DNA from: Amoebophrya sp. A120
Taxonomy: Eukaryota > Protista > Dinoflagellata
Length of the DNA stretch: 64,000 nt
Reading direction: 5' to 3'
Assembly (NCBI GenBank): GCA_905178155.1
Contig: CAJINV010000004.1
Coordinates: 8,066,771 to 8,130,770, forward strand
Within the stretch, counting starts at the first letter, position 1; each line of letters opens with the position of its first letter. The position numbers were made by a program, and so were the translations under genes. Below are positions 23,401 through 36,917 of this stretch, in pieces. The notes under the pieces were generated by a model, which did no database searches, was not told where the DNA came from, and saw nothing but the letters and a program-made list of their open reading frames with translations.

Positions 23401-25201
23401 CCGTGCAGCGCATGCAGCACACGTTTACGGAAGAACCGAAGACCGCGGCCCAGGAAGCCGCGGCCCACGCAGCGTCGGCCCAGGCGAAGGCAGCAACCCA
23501 GCAGGCGGCGGCAGCGCAAGCACAGAAATTGAAGGAGCAGAGGTACACAAATAGCAGGAGCGTCATGCATAATCAGATATCAAGTGATAATATTTATTAT
23601 CCTGTATGCATTGTTTTGTTTGTAGCTGAATAAAAATACTTATTTTGTAATGCCATGATATGCATAAATTATTTCGGCACTAATGACGTGAATATGAGAC
23701 AGCACCAGCTGGTATTTGTCATGCGAAGTGGCACCGCCTCCACCACCCAAAATAGTATCTTCCAAGAAATATTTTTCTCGCTAACAGTGCTGCCAACGGC
23801 GGCGGCGATGGGAAAATCACGAAGTCTGGCTCCTTCGACATCCCGCCGGAGCAGCTCGGCAAGGAGCACATCAACCCGGAGCTCCAACCCGATAATGTCA
23901 TCGAGCAGCAGTACAAACACAAGCCCAAGAACTTCACCGGTGCCGTCGGGAACGGGTACGGTGGCGTCGAACACCCGTCGACCGCGACCACAGATAACGC
24001 CGGGCAGGACGCCGCTGACAACCAAGTCGCACTGGAAATGGAGGCGAAACAACTGAACTCTGTTGTGGTGGAGAAGCAGCTGCACCACCAACCCGAGTCC
24101 GCGGTGAAGATTGAGGTGAACCCGTTTCAGGCCGAGGGCAAGGGGGAGAAAAAGAAGAAGGTCGCGCACACCATCAAGGAGCTGATGCAGGCGGAGGAGG
24201 AGGCGCAAAACGGCCCGGCGACCAAGAAGCAGAAGAAGAACCAGAAAGGTGGTGGCAAGAACAATAATGGGCAACAACAAACGATCGGACAGCAGTTGGG
24301 TATGCAGAATGCACCAGCTCCCCAACAGCAACCAGGACAGCAGCAGGGGCACACCATCCAGCAGTTACAACAAATGATGAACCCAAACTACAACTACCAG
24401 GTGGACCCCAACGTGCCGCAGGTTGCGTGGAACAACCCGACTAAAATGGCCGACATGCTGAAGATGCAGGAGTACAGGATGCGAATGGACCCGTCTTCTT
24501 TGATATGCATTGCAAAAGTTTCTTACTCGTACTAAAACTAATTGCAGCTATGCATCACAAATCTAGGTTGTTAAGGTAAATCCGCATTACAAATTTGAGT
24601 TGTAATGCTGAGCGAAATTGTATTGCAATTTGTACTAGTACGACACTTTTGCAGGGCATATTTGATCTCGTTTGACAGCAAGTACACCACCAACAGCTAC
24701 CAGAACCCGTTGCGGCTGTCCCTGCACATCGTCGCGAAGGGGAAAAACGACACCATTGTTACCCCCGTTGCCTACACCTGCGAGGAGGGCGTGGATTACG
24801 ACGAGTGGACGGTGACCAACGCGTGTGTCTTCCACTCCGTGTCGAACTCCATCGGGTCTTCCCCAATCCGCGCGGGCGGGCTGGGGGACGTTTTGTCCGG
24901 CGTGATTGGTGCCTTGTTCGCGTGGCACCAGATCTGCCTGCGGAGCGGGGACCCGCGGAAACAGATGAACGCCCCGTTCCCGGAGGAAATCCTGATCCTG
25001 GCTTCCTACATCGTGCGCAAGGCCAGTCAACGGGCCTTCTTGAAGAAGTGTCAGCAGCGCAACTACCGCACCTTCTCTGCGGAGGATGTGTTGGCGGAAA
25101 TCGCGTTCGTCTGCGATAACATCTACTCCTGGTTCGCCCCCGGCGGACACGGCGGAAACCCGGGTGGTGCACCCCACGGACCGCACCAGGGCGGAAAATA
25201 G
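20465..25201 (+). CDS. NAXD: ADP/ATP-dependent NAD(P)H-hydrate dehydratase (YjeF-C/NAXD); 8 introners plus 2 GT-AG introns (21421-21683, 23543-23787)
   Basis: Rebuilt motifs RKGAGGRVAVYGGSHLYVGAPYFAA, IIGPGLGR, LVIDADGL, ILTPNLGE, IVAKGKND, RAGGLGDVLSG. Confidence 0.92.
20514..20658. mobile_element. Introner family B
   Basis: TIR; DR CGTGC/CGCGC. Confidence 0.88.
20700..20952. mobile_element. Introner family A
   Basis: TIR; DR CTTCA/CTTGA. Confidence 0.9.
21013..21296. mobile_element. Introner family C (TATCCTGAGTAAAAACGTCCCC TIR)
   Basis: TIR; DR ACCAG. Confidence 0.9.
22063..22206. mobile_element. Introner family B
   Basis: TIR; DR AAGAT. Confidence 0.88.
22328..22633. mobile_element. 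Introner family F (TATGGAAGTGTCAGAATCGAAATTGAC TIR)
   Basis: ~33-bp TIR; DR GGGCG; splits TPNLG|E. Confidence 0.9.
22708..22966. mobile_element. Introner family A
   Basis: TIR; DR CCACA/TCACA. Confidence 0.9.
23042..23324. mobile_element. Introner family C
   Basis: TIR; DR CACGC. Confidence 0.9.
24504..24660. mobile_element. Introner family B
   Basis: TIR; DR TTTGA. Confidence 0.85.
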
Positions 25202-25263
25202 AACAGGATGTTGTTGTGGGAATAAGTAGAAGATGTTGTAGTGTTTCTTCATGCGAAAGTACT

Positions 25264-25307
25264 ACTATGTACAACTCAAAGAGTGAACTATGTACAACTC
25301 AAAGAGT
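25264..25307 (+). repeat. Short tandem duplication (ACTATGTACAACTCAAAGAGT x2)
   Basis: Two exact 21-mers with a 23-bp period, downstream of the NAXD stop. Confidence 0.8.
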
Positions 25308-27360
25308 TCCCGGTTCTGATACTGTTTCATCGTGGACGAACTACGGCGAAGACACAATTTATTTAGAGGAGGCACTTTCACTTCTTGAAAGAACAACAAC
25401 ATTGACTTCTAAATCGAATATACAGACGACACTTTCAGCAATATATAGGACGACGACAAGCCACGATATTTTCGGAGAAAAAGACAGCTACTTTATCTCA
25501 CCACACAAAATACTTCTTGCCACTCCGAATTCGATTTCGGAGATGCACTTCTTCGAGACTCTTGTAACAACCTTAATTTTCCTTAATCTCCTGGCACACT
25601 AGACAAACTTTTCAACACCTCACTTGATTTTCACTTGATTCTTTTTCACTAACTGTTTTTAAACCTTCTATAGCAAAGACACGAAAAATAGGCGCATCAA
25701 TTGTTGATGCGTCGAAAAATGCGAGCGATGTTTGGATTCACAAGACTTTGGATTATTATTTCACCGGAAGAAGATGATAGTACTTCTCGAGAGGGCTTAC
25801 TATTACTCATTTACAAACTGGGGGAGAGATGAAGAAACACAAATAAACTCATGCTGTCAGGACGAGTCGTGTATCAGCAGGAGACACAACAGATCAGATT
25901 TATAAATGCAGATTGTCAACATGCGGCAACACAACACCACAACAAATTCTAAGAATACAGTAGCCAGGATGGTAGTATCACAACTATTGTGCGACGAGGA
26001 CCAAGTTTCACTGAGCTGCAGGCGGTAACTACCTTTGATCAGTTCTCGCCGAAGATGCACATACGTAGTACCGTGTTTGTAAGACAGTTTTGTACTGTTT
26101 TAAATGTACTAACGAAGACCAGCACACTGAGAAATAAACCTGCTAACAGGTATATAAAATTCGAGGACGGCCACTACTACACGATTGTAATGTATAAAAC
26201 CATGACTTGGTGCATTACGGACGACGAAACAACTGTAATCGAACACCGAAAACCAGCTGCTCGTATTGCGAGGAATACTATAGACTTTTCAATTTTTAAA
26301 GTTTGATTGCAAAAAAATTTGGATTCTGGCTGCAGATTTTCACCAGCCGGTGGATAAAAAGCGACTGTTTTGATGTTTGACGATAGTGCAACCGAAAAAT
26401 CGATAAATCACTAGCGACAGCCGATAGTAATCTGTGTACACAATCGAAGAAATTGAAATCTTCCTGTTCCGCAAATTATACAAATGCTCCGTACTCACTC
26501 TGCGAAAGTATCCGGCTCCGGTTCGAAATTTGTGCTCTGAAATGACAATGAGCGTTGGAGGCTACAAATTCTCCGTTGTGGATCCTGTTTACCTTCAGCA
26601 ACTTCGTCAGTTCAGGAAATCGGAATCGCAAATTTTTGAAATGAGATCTTCATCAAGCGGTGCTTCCAAAAGGTTCTGTCCTTGATAGATCTAGATCTCA
26701 ATTTGCAGAATGTTTTTCCGAATGACATTAAACCGCACCGGCCCTTTGATACTTTCTTTTTGATCAATTTCTGACGACATAACGTCGAACAGGCAACTTT
26801 TTTTCTCTAGAACTTGACGACACCTTATTCTGAACATTTCAATTCTCTTCATTCTAAATCGCAAATTTAGGTTGAGTTTGTGTGTTTCACAGGGATCCTT
26901 TTCTTTGGTCTCCACGTGCTTTTATTTTGCGCAAAAAAACAGATCCAAAGACGGAGTTAGAAAAAAATTAGTAAGAGATTGTTGCTCAGGCACCTTAACG
27001 TCGCTGCACAGTGGTTCGACTACTGGGCTACAAGCGTGTTTTGGTTGCCGCCCACATAGCACCAATCTAACAAAACACAACTACCTCTTGTCAGCACGAC
27101 AAAGCCAGCATATCATGATAGGTGAGAAAAAGTAAAAAATGAAACGACATAGTACACAACGAAATCAACATAGCAATTAGTGTACAAAAAATACATGAAA
27201 ACTGCGGTGGGTAACAACATCATCTCGTCCCGGCGTTGAAAATTTTCCCGCGGCGACGACGACGAGTAGTGCAGACGAGCTTCATCACCTACAACCCCAT
27301 CTCCGGGCCTACTTTACTTCGCAGATTATCCCATATGCCTTCTCTACTGCACAGACACGG

Positions 27361-27577
27361 TATGACGGTGCACAACTCCCCCTCCCCCTCATTTGTATAG
27401 CATGACCGGCAATACAGGCATCAGCAAGAGTGCCGGTTTTGCATGACAAATTTGCACTGGATTGTAGTGCTATTTGGGCGCCCAGAACTTGTCATGCATA
27501 ATAGTGACAGGAGGAAAAGCGTGGATTTGGTATTCTGCATGAGAAATGAGAACGAGGGGGAGTTGTGCACTGTCATA
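27361..27577. mobile_element. Introner family G (TATGACGGTGCACAACTCCCCCTC TIR), probably in a 5' UTR
   Basis: TIR; DR CACGG; lies upstream of ATG 27591. Confidence 0.85.
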
Positions 27578-27590
27578 CACGGAGCCTTGG

Positions 27591-30500
27591 ATGAGGACCA
27601 GCAAGTGGTGGATTTTTCCCCGTTGTTCGTCCGGTCGCCGCAGCTGTGTCGTGAACCGAGCAAGCAGGAGGATTTGTTCTGCCCAGAACAAGAACGACGG
27701 CAGAACTTCTGCTCTCAAGAACAGCAGCACAATTTGTTCCCAATTGCAGCTGCAGTTTGTCTCTACGAGAGCAGTTGTCCGGGTGGTACTCCTGTTTTCA
27801 CTGCTGCTGGCACTGGCCGGAATAGAAACGACGACACAAAAATTCGGAACAATAGTAGAAAACAACGACGGCGACACAGGAATAAAAAACTTCATGACGT
27901 CGTCGGCCCCCCCGACGAAGACAACAACAACCACCGCAGATATTTTTTTCACAACCCCCACCTTTTTTTCCACCCAATTACGCGACAATGTAGGGTTTCA
28001 TTTTCCCAGTTACTACGACGAGCAGAACTACAACCAGCCGGCGTTCTCGAGGAACACAGGCAAAAATACCGCAATTGGCGTCGCGCATGGTAGTGAACTG
28101 TCCGGGAATAGTGGTGACTCAACCACCGCCTCGATCGACGAGGCTTTGCTGCTTGCGGAGGGTGATGACCACGAGGACGTTCTGCTCAACACGAACGACA
28201 ACAACGAAAAAAGCAGCCGGAGTAGCAGCGGTGCCTCATCGACATCTTCGAAGGCCGATGGCGAAAGTGGCTCAGATGCAGTACCACTACCTCCTGCAGG
28301 TGACGGAAGTAGTAAAGCGAAAGAAGGAGCAAAAGAGGACCTGTCAACTACAGGACGAACGACAGCAGCTTCTACCACTATTTCCGATAAAAACAAGAAT
28401 CAGATCGTGCTCGACGACGACATTTTTGACTTAGAGGAGGAGGAGGAGGAGCAGAGCTCCGCGATTGACGACGACTTTATCATTTCGGCAGGAGGAAGTA
28501 GTCGGAGAAATTCCAATTTCCCCTCCTCAGATGTGGAAGCAGTAGAGCCAGGATCTTCTCGCATCAACGGCCAGGAATTAGTCAAGACTGGTCTTCACGG
28601 TGCATCTCATCATCATGGAACTCACCACCATGGTGCTCATGGACACCATCACAGTTCATCTGCGCACCAAGCCCGCGCGCCAATCCCCCCAGGGGACATC
28701 GGCAACGACGTTTTACTCGTGGTTCTCGCGGACCCGGGGGAGGTCCGGGCTGTGCGGAAGGACACCGGGGAGCCGATTTTCAGGTACCAATTAGGGAGGC
28801 CGCTGGTCGGAGGGTCATTGGAACAGGCAAGTAGTGGTGCCAAAACTGGAACTAATGGGGGAAACGGTTTATTCGAGGACCATGGTACGAAAAATACCGG
28901 TGGCGCAACAGGACCAAATGCAGCCGGGCATCAAGGTGCGAGTAGCTCTGGTCGTGCAGGAAATAGTAACCACGCCGGTGCAGCTGCTGGTCCAGACCCC
29001 GTCCCCCGGTTCGCGGTGGATTTCGACGGTAGCGTTTTGTACACGCGTGACAGTGTGCAGTTCTTCGCGCTGCCGCACCTGAAGCTCAAGGACTTGGTGG
29101 AAAAATCCCCGATTACGTCGTTACCGGGGTTCCCAGACCTGTATTTCACGGGGCAGAAGCAAACAAAGTTCCACCAGGTAGAATTGAAGTACGACGCGTC
29201 CACGATTATCGGGCAAACAGCAGCGGATGCTGAAAATGCTGGACCAACATCGTCGGGTACTAGCTCGAGTGGAAGCGACGGGAGTGCTGGTAGCGGTACT
29301 CATAGCACTTCTTCCTCTACTTCGCAATTTAGCGGCTCCTCAGAGGACCAGCTGGGAACTCCGAGCAGTAGCACGCACAGCCCGCATTCCAGCAGCATCG
29401 CAACAACCACCACCACCTCGAACAGCCCGGGTGGAGGTCTTGCGCACCACCATGTCGGCACGTCGAGTGGAGGAGCGACGACCCCTTATAGCGTTGGGCT
29501 GTCCTACCTGGCCCCACAACACACGGTCACCGCACATAGTATGGACGGAAGTACAATAACCGGCGAAGCGTGCAGTAGCGCCAGCGGACCTTCGAATGAA
29601 GATAAAGCGCACAGTCATTTTGGTGGGCTGTTTTCAACAACATCTTCGGACGGAACGGAGGGCGCGGATGATAATTCCGCTGCTGCGGCCTCTGTGTTAG
29701 ACAAAGTCACCACCACGGTGAACACGATTTTGCAGCAATCAACGACAAGCAACGCCGGCTCCTGCGACATTGTGCCGCCAGCACACCTCGCCAAGCAAAA
29801 TGAATTCGCAAGAACTACTACTTCCGGCGCTCAGGGCGGTGACGTCGTGAGCAGTCAAGAAAGTGCGACATCGACGGCGAAAGTGATCGTCTTTGGCGAG
29901 GCGGAGTACATGCTGGAAGCGAGAAACGCGAAGACCCATTCCCGGGTCTGGACGGCGTTTCACACGGAAATCAAGCCCATAGAGCTCGAGCAGGTTCGAG
30001 ATTTGCCGGAGCCGTTGCAGCAACGGGTGCTGAGAACACTATTTCAAGATCGAAAAAACGTATAAAAAATATTTTGCTGTTTTTGTACTATTAGTTGTTG
30101 GAGGTGCCTCTGCATGACAAAATCCTGTTTTTGCAACATGACAAACACCAAGTTCTTCATGTTATTCACACAAAATATAGGTTTTCGTCGACGGCGATTC
30201 TGTAATTCTCGCCCACACCAACCGCCGCTTGCATTTTGAGTCCCGCGTTCATTCCGTTCACGCGTTAATTCCGACCCTGTCCGCGGCGTTGCAGGCCCTC
30301 GCCCCCTTGTTGTCTCCCTCCTTCACCGTCCCGCCACAACATCAGCTCGACCGGGAGGAACAGCAGGAGCGATCCCGGTGGAACCGGTTCACCGTGGCGG
30401 CGGTCCGGCACGGCTCTCTAGTACCTGCAGCCTCTATCAAATGCAAATATGTCTGGGTCTGGAAGAATGCAAGTTTGTCATGCTTGTCTGGCATGTTTCG

Positions 30501-33500
30501 AGAATCTGTGTTGCATAGGCGCGAAAAGGCCCTCTTGCCTGTCATGCAAGAACGCAGTTTGCCATGCGGAATACGTAAGACATGGCAGCCAAAAAATTTG
30601 TCATGCGTAGCTGCGTATTGTAGCGGTGCGTCTACCATTCACTTTTAGCATTACAAGTTTCCAGACCCAGACATTTTTGCATTTGATAGCCTCCCCCTCC
30701 GGGCAAAACCAGATTCACGACCACAGCATCGACTTTCTGCGGAATATGCATTGCAAATATGTCTGGGTCTGGACGAATTGGAACTTGTGATGCTGCATTT
30801 GGATTCCAAAAAAATCTGTATTGCATGAGCAGCAACGGGCATGTAATTTTTGCTAGGCGGAGAAGGCGTTTCTCATGCGAAAGGGGCATCAAGAAGCTCT
30901 GAAAAAATCTGTCATGCTAGGACATGCATCACAGACATCATGGCTCATGCAAAACGTGCATGACAAGTCTCAGAACTTTCCAGAACCAGACACATTTGCA
31001 ATTGATACGGAACGGCAACGTGCAGGTGATCGACGGCGAGGAGTATCACCCGAGCCCCAGTCCCAGCGGGGGCGGGGAGTTGGTGTTGGTCCGCGACATT
31101 CATCTGCAGACGCGGAATAGCGAATTGCTGCAGCGGGATGTTTTGCAGAGGTTAGGGCTACCGTCGGCTGGGATGGTGGAACATCAAGCTGGTGGTCCTC
31201 ATGGGACGCGCAGTAGTACTACTAACGGTCAGCACGACCCCGTCAGCAGGTATCATCAGCAACACCATCCCGGTCAACATCATTTTCACCCCTCCGAATC
31301 AATTCTTAACAACCCGAGGCTGTTAATGCTGCCCGGCCCGGCTGGAAGCACTAACCAAGACCACTACAACAGCGGGCACCATCAGCATGGTTCATCAAAT
31401 CACGACTCACACGACGACATCAACTACCGCTACTTCCGTGGCGGGCATCCACCGGCGCATTTGTCCGCGAGCGTGTGGCAAAAGCTGAAATCTTTACTCG
31501 ACCGGGACCGGTATAGGACGAGCTTTCGAGACGGCGATGCGGACCAGCTGCCACCTTTTTTCGGCGATTACTTTGACGACTTGGAGTACTTCGACTACAC
31601 TCATGGCAGCATTACAGATTCTTCCGGTACAGCTAATTCCATCCTCGAGGGGGAGGAAGATTTGTTACAACAACATAACGCTGGACCACAGCAGCACAAA
31701 TTCTCCTCTTCCAGAGCGGCCATGCGCCACTTGTACGCGCAGCGGTCTAGATTAATCGCGGAGTACCTGCAAGGGGCGAATTACAATCCGTTCATTGACC
31801 AGGAGAAGCTGCCGGTGCAGTCCAAAATTATCGATAAGGACGAGCTGGAAAGGAGTAGTCGAGATAAAAAGGGGTTCCGCAAGTACGTACGGGACTCGAT
31901 TGTTGATTCCAACTTCTGGAAGGCGATTATCGCTGCGATCGTCGTGGGGATGGTTTCCTCTGTTTTCGTTTTCGACATGTACTTTGGCTACGAACTCCGC
32001 CGGCAAGTCCCGCTGATCGCCGGTGCCATGGCGCTCCGCTTGTATCTGAACGCGTTGGAGAGGTCCGGGATGGCGCCGTGGTTCATGATGCTCAGCGTCT
32101 ACGCAAGCATTCTCGCGATCATCCTGGCGCCGCAGGCCGGCGTTATTTCGCCTTTTAGTAATTATGCCACAATAGGAGCATCAAGCGCTGGTCTTCTACC
32201 CGGAGCAGGTGGCTCAACATCTTTGGATTCAACAGGAATAATAAACTATCCAACTTTCTCCGCTTTGCGGTTGTTTTTCACCGCCGTCGCCTTCGCGGTT
32301 CCCTGTTTGTACCTCGGACTGAAGGTTCCGGTGGAAGATGTGGAAAAGTGGAAGGAACAGTGCGAAAAGGAATCGGCAAGGCTGCAGCGAGCGTCGACCG
32401 CTTCGGGGTCGTCGTCGGTCGTGGGAGAAAATGGTAATATAATTGATACGTCGCGGCTGACGACGCAAGACGGTGGAAATAAATCAACAGTGGACGGCGC
32501 CGATGACAACACCACAGCTGCACCCGGGGCGACAACTACGATAGGAGAAAATGAAAAAACCACGAAATTTCATCCGGGTGGAGAAAAGACAGCAACGAAT
32601 GGCTCCCCAGAGCTCAGGACCACCACTATTGCAGCCAGCACTTCGCTTTCGCAGCAACTCGAGGGGAATTTCCTGCTCGGCTACCAGGGGCTGCGCCAGT
32701 GCCAGGTTCCGCCGGACTCGCAACTGGGGTTGTCGTTGAACAACACCTTGATGTTTCGCCAGTACGAGGACGTTACTTATTTGGGGGAAGGCGGTTTCGG
32801 GGTCGTTTACAAGGCGAAAAACAAGCTCGACCAGTCCTACGCAGCGTTTAAAGTGAAAAACTACCGACTCACCTCCACCGAGAACATCGCGCAGATAGAG
32901 CGCTCTTTCAACGAAGTGAAAACTTTCCTCGCGATGAAGCACAAGCACCTAGTGGATTTCCACATGCACTGGTGCGAAGAGAGCCAGTTTTTACCCGATA
33001 AAAGAACCGTGCAGAAGGGCGGGCAAGAGTGGCCGTTAGATGAGGACAACGCGGGTGGAGGTTTGAGTTCGGATGTAGGAGGAGCTGCCTTGGGTGGAAC
33101 GAACAATCCGGAAGACCAACCGGGGATATCAAATGTAAAAATGTCTGGGTCTGGAAGAATGCGAGATTTGTCATGCGCGTTTTGCATGAGCCATGATGTC
33201 TGTGATGCATACCCTAGCAATACAGGTTTTTTGGCGGCTTCTCGATGCCTATTCCGCATGACAAATGCCTTCTCAGCGTAGCAAAAATTGCATTCCCTTT
33301 GGTACTCATGCAATACAGATTTTTTTGGAATCCAAATGCAGCATCACAAGTTGCATTCTTCCAGACCCAGACATTTTTACATTTGATAGGGGAGCGGGAC
33401 GGACGACTTGGCTCTGTTCCCCAACGACCCGGCGGCCCATGCGAGTATATCAAAAGGAAAAACCCCCCCTCCCCATATCAAAACGAAGTTTCTGATGCTG

Positions 33501-36500
33501 GATTTGGGTACACAAATCAGCTTTGTATTGCAGAGAGGCATTGCGGACAGATCTCCAGGCTAGATAGGGGCGGGCGTGTCTAGTTGTTTAGCATGGCAAA
33601 CGGCTCCCCTTTAGGCCCAACAGCATCACAAACCGCTTCCAGAATGGGGCTAAAGCTCCTGCCCTTGTCTTCTTGCAAGACAAAAAGGATTTGTGACCTC
33701 AAATCAGCAACACAAATTTTCGAAGTCGTGCCTTTTCAATGTGGGGAGGGGGGATTTTTCCTTTCAATAGAGTACTAAAAATTACCAGCAGCACAGCTTG
33801 ATGAATCGCACACTGAATACGTCCGAAGGTGGCGTTTTTTCGATGGAACGATCAGCGAACTGGACCCGGAAGCATTCGCCGCCGTTTAAACCAGCAGTGG
33901 GGAAAAATTTAGAGAAGAAAACGTCCGGGTTGCAGCTCGTTGCTAGTACTTCCGGAGACGGTCATGATCATGCGGATGCGGAACAAGCCAAGTTACAATT
34001 ACAACCCGGGTTTGGTGGTACTACTGCGGGAATAATAGCATCATCTCTGGAGAAAACAGGTTCTGGAAAGAAGCCACTGCAAGGAGGTGCCAACAAGGAC
34101 GGTAATGTTGATGTAGTTGAGAATGTAGATCTTTATCCAGAGAACCTCAACGGCATGGCCAGCCACAGCTCGTCTGCCTCCAGCACCTGGCAAACCCACA
34201 ACAGCGACTCCGCCGGCATGGTGTCCGCCACGGCAAGTTTTAATAACAGCGACATAGCACATACCTCTAGAAAGGAGCAAAATAACGACAATTTATCGTC
34301 CAAGAATCTTCAGAACAAATCGCCGACCACACAGGGCGACAGTTCCTCCGGGGGTACTTTTGAACGCGTGAACCAGATCTTGGAGATGAAAACTACGAAC
34401 AAGCAAGAAAAGGATCATAATATCGAGGGCCAACAACAAGAAGCGTTCTTGACAAAAAAGTTCAAAGAGCAGTTTGACAAGACCTCCCAGGACGACACGA
34501 ATTCTATCCAGTTCATAAAATCCTCGGTAAACGAATCCGTCATCGAGTCCGCCGCGGTCCGGTTTGCCGAGGTTGAAAACGAAAACATTAACACCAGCAA
34601 CAGCCTCTACAAGCCGATTGACATCCAGGCCGATTTGATGAACGCCGCGGCGGCGTTGCGAGGAACATCTTCAAGGGGAAAAAAACTACACCATGACAAG
34701 ACATCAAACGGCAGCAGCAACTCGGAAAACTCCGATTCGACTTCGTTGGACGACTTTGTCCGGGCGAAGTCAGCCTACATGGACACGCAAGAGATGCTGA
34801 AGAACAAGTTGATCACCAAAGAGCAGATCGCGCCGTTGTTCGACGTGTGCCTCGTGATGCACATGGAACTCGTGGAGGGGCCAAATTTGAAAGCGTTTTT
34901 GCAGGATAGCCGACGAAGTCTCGACTGGGGGGTGTTCACCTCGATGTACGACTTTTGGCTCCCAACTGCCGTCGCCGCGCTACAACGAAATCAGAGTTCC
35001 AGCCGGAAAACCAGCCGGATTCTCCAGGTCGACATGGAGGCGGTGGAAATCCAGGCCAGGCAACGGTCGATTAGCAGTCTGAAACTGACCTCTGCGCGCC
35101 TGTCCGCCGCAAACGCGGCGTTGGAAAATAATGGCAGTAGTCCGATGGAACGGGGTAGTTCTCCGGGAATATTAAATGAGGTTGAAAAGGACAAGAGCGA
35201 CGGAGGACTATATGCAGCTCCTGCAATTATGGGGAAGGAAGATGAAGACCAAAATGAAAGCGGAATTATGACTCCACAGATGAACAACACTAAGGGTGAG
35301 GTGATCGACCTTCTTTCCCTGAGCCGAAAATCCTCCGCGCAGGAGAATTTGCACAACAAATCGTCTTCCTCCGCTTCGTCTGACTTTGAGCAGCAGCTCG
35401 GGGGGACGAACACACCGCAGAAATTGTCGCACGTGTCTTCCCCGACTTCACATGATCGGGACGCTGTTGATTCACCGCCACTGGCTCTCGGAGAAGTGGG
35501 ACTACAACTAGGGCACCTGCAACATGAAGACCGGCATCAGACCACTCCTGATGAAAATAATATTAAACATGAGCAGCAAGGGGACGAGAAAAACGCCAGC
35601 AACCTCATAAACAACAGTTCCGAGGAAGAAGTCTTGAACAGTGATTCCAAAGCGACGACCCTGAACAATAATATGAACAAGACCACGTCTGATCAGCAGC
35701 ATCAAGACCAGAAAACGTCGACCACGACCACGCATTCCACCCAACCAAATTCCACCCAAAATAACCAGTACTTTTGCTACGAGAAGGTGCAACCCAATCC
35801 CGGGGTGCTCGACGAGTCCCCCTGGTGGAATGCGGGGGTCGAGTTCGAGTGGATGCGGCAACTGACGAAGGGCATGCGCGCCATCCACAAGAAGGGGTTT
35901 GTGCACCGGGATTTAAAGCCGCAGAACTGCTTTCTGGATTTGAGACAGGGGTTGCTGAAGATTGGGGATTTTGGCCTGTCTTCCGTGTCTACGACCGCGA
36001 ATTCACTCTCCATCTACAATGCGGAGAATGGACTGGTGGAGCAGAATGTGAAGAACCCGGTGCAGCCCACTATCAAATGCAAAAATGTCTCCGTCTGGAA
36101 GACTGCAAACTTCTCATGCATATTTTCCATGCCCCATGAGGGTTGAAATGCAGGACCTAGCATAACAGGTTCTGCGACGTCCCTATCCTGCCTGTCCTGC
36201 ATGACAAACTGCCTCTAAACTTGTCCAACACTGGACAGCTTTCGGTAGTCATGCAACACAAATGTTTGTACGATCCAGACTTAGCATGACAAGTTCGCAT
36301 CCTCCCAGACCCAGACATATTTGCAATCCATACCCACCACGCGGGGCCCGCTGAGCCCGTACTGGGGCACGCCGATGTACATGCCGCCAGAAGGAAATTC
36401 GTTGGACGAATCAACCGACGTGTACGCAGTGGGGCTGATTATGCTGCAATTGCTGTCGCCGAGATTCACGACACAGGTAGAGAGCTGGATTCATTCAACA

Positions 36501-36917
36501 CGACGTCATGCATTTTTTCCATTTCTTTGTAGACATCGTGCAGGCGTTTGGTTCTCCTGTCACCAGACAGGCTTCATGCCCGCTTTTTAACACAACGCAC
36601 TAGTACTGTTTTACATTACACAAAAAATCTTCAATAAAAAACCACCAACAAATATTAAACCACAGATGGAGCGGCAACTGTTGATCGAGGCTTTCAAGGG
36701 CCCAACCGCAGAAGTGATTCCGGGCCTGGAGGAAAAGGTCTCCCCCGAGTGCTACAAGGAGTGGTTTGAGCTGCCGCGGGAACTGATCGCCCGCTGCGCC
36801 AAGCATGACCCGGAGGCGAGAATCGGCAGCGAGGAATTGCACCTACACATGAAGCAGATGCGCAACGCACGCTTCCACAAGGATCTAATGGTCAGTGGCG
36901 CGAAGGGCGGGGATTAG
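27591..36917 (+). CDS. PERK/PK4-like ER eIF2alpha kinase (IRE1/PERK-type luminal domain, TM region, split kinase domain); 5 introners plus GT-AG introns 30060-30180 and 36477-36665
   Basis: Hydrophobic leader VLLFSLLLALAG; luminal motifs GEVRAVRKDTGE and LKDLVEKSP..FTGQK; kinase LGEGGFGVVYKAKNKLD, HRDLKPQN, KIGDFGL, GTPMYMPPE, T.MER. Start codon uncertain. Confidence 0.85.
30435..30688. mobile_element. Introner family A
   Basis: TIR; DR GCCTC. Confidence 0.92.
30745..31007. mobile_element. Introner family A
   Basis: TIR; DR CGGAA. Confidence 0.92.
33127..33388. mobile_element. Introner family A (opposite orientation to 30745)
   Basis: TIR; DR GGGGA. Confidence 0.92.
33448..33769. mobile_element. 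Introner family D (GGAAAAA..CCCCCTCCCC TIR)
   Basis: TIR; DR GAGTA. Confidence 0.9.
36071..36332. mobile_element. Introner family A
   Basis: TIR; DR CCCAC; lies in the kinase activation loop. Confidence 0.9.
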
